From positions 1,747,468-1,811,467 of the forward strand of contig CBDFJG010000003.1 in assembly GCA_965248445.1 (NCBI GenBank): a stretch of 64,000 nt of DNA, written 5' to 3'. This stretch comes from Planctomycetota bacterium. Lineage in GTDB: Bacteria > Planctomycetota > JAJSAM01 > JAJVHW01. Positions 63,355 through 64,000 of this stretch are shown here, one piece after another. The translations under genes and the position numbers were made by a program. A model generated the notes under the pieces. That model searched no databases. It was not told the origin of the DNA and saw only the letters and a list, made by a program, of their open reading frames with translations. The stretch's first letter is position 1; every line of letters begins with the position of its first letter.

Positions 63355-63749
63355 CGCTCGGCAAGTACCTGCGACTCCTCCTCACGTCGGACGCCGGCGT
63401 CGCGGCGCTCGCGGGGAGTCGCGTCTACACGGAGGTGCTGCCGCAGTCTCCGACCGTCCCGGCCGCGGTCTTCACCGAGGTTGCCGGCGGCGACGACTAC
63501 GCGCTCGATGGGCCGACCGGCGCGGGCTCGCGACGCGTTCAGGTCGATGCGTGGGCGAAGACGCGCGCCGAGGCGACCGAACTGGCGCTGGCGCTCCAGG
63601 CGGTGCTCTCCGGCCACACCGGAGCTGCGGGCGGGCTCGAGGTCGAGGGCGTGTTCCTGCTCAACGAGCGATGGGACTTCGACCCGACGACCGGGCTCTA
63701 CCGGACGGGCCAGGACTACGAGGTCTGGATCGGCGGGACGGCGTCGTGA
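63351..63749 (+). CDS. DUF3168-like tail terminator
   Basis: VAALAGSRVY...VQVDAWAKT. Confidence 0.88.
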   Translation: MTLGKYLRLLLTSDAGVAALAGSRVYTEVLPQSPTVPAAVFTEVAGGDDYALDGPTGAGSRRVQVDAWAKTRAEATELALALQAVLSGHTGAAGGLEVEGVFLLNERWDFDPTTGLYRTGQDYEVWIGGTAS

Positions 63750-63880
63750 GGCGCTACTCGACCGCATGTCAAGCCAACTCGCCATCTCCCTGGAACCCTG
63801 GAGATTCCAGCGTTTCAGGGCCACGACGACTCGCTAGGTCCGCTCAGAAGAGCGAATGTCCGCGACAAAGGAGGTGCTAC

Positions 63881-64000
63881 ATGACCAAGCACAAGCAGAC
63901 GAACGCGACGAAGAGAGCTCGCGCGCCCCACAAGGCCGCGAGCAAGGCCACCAAGACGACCGCGGCGAAGCGGTCCAAGAAGGCCACGAAGCCCAAGCCG
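63881..64000 (+). CDS. Lys/Ala/Thr-rich basic protein, 3' end outside window
   Basis: AAGGAGG RBS, then MTKHKQTNATKRARAPHKAASKATK... Confidence 0.6.
   Translation, partial: MTKHKQTNATKRARAPHKAASKATKTTAAKRSKKATKPKP

Overview
GC-rich bacterial window; the gene content suggests Planctomycetota, but that is inference. It has three zones. (1) 1-7090: nested IS pile-up (IS1380, IS481 fragment, second IS1380, all at CTAG sites), then a phage-like remnant with a divergent HTH switch and operator-like palindromes. (2) 7090-42165: mostly core genes (FabF-like, cysK, kinase-ATPase-TPR, pilT, GDH, IDH/IPMDH-family, purF, queA, ligA, thiE). Two genes here are split by the ORF track at an in-frame TGA, each followed by a matching SECIS-like hairpin, so both are candidate selenoproteins: a deiodinase-like lipoprotein and an unusual thioredoxin-fold protein with a W-U-E-N-N motif. 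(3) 42165-64000: REP-like hairpin repeats, IS66 and IS1380, then an HK97-like prophage. The prophage has an attC-flanked cassette gene where replication genes would be expected, a ~370 bp palindromic origin-like region, HNH/ParB/MTase genes, and a TerL carrying an Ala1 class-3 LAGLIDADG intein. Its portal gene is almost entirely deleted, fused head-to-head with a truncated PLD-family gene. Protease, capsid and neck genes look intact. No rRNA, tRNA or CRISPR array was seen. All family calls come from reading motifs by eye; no searches were run.
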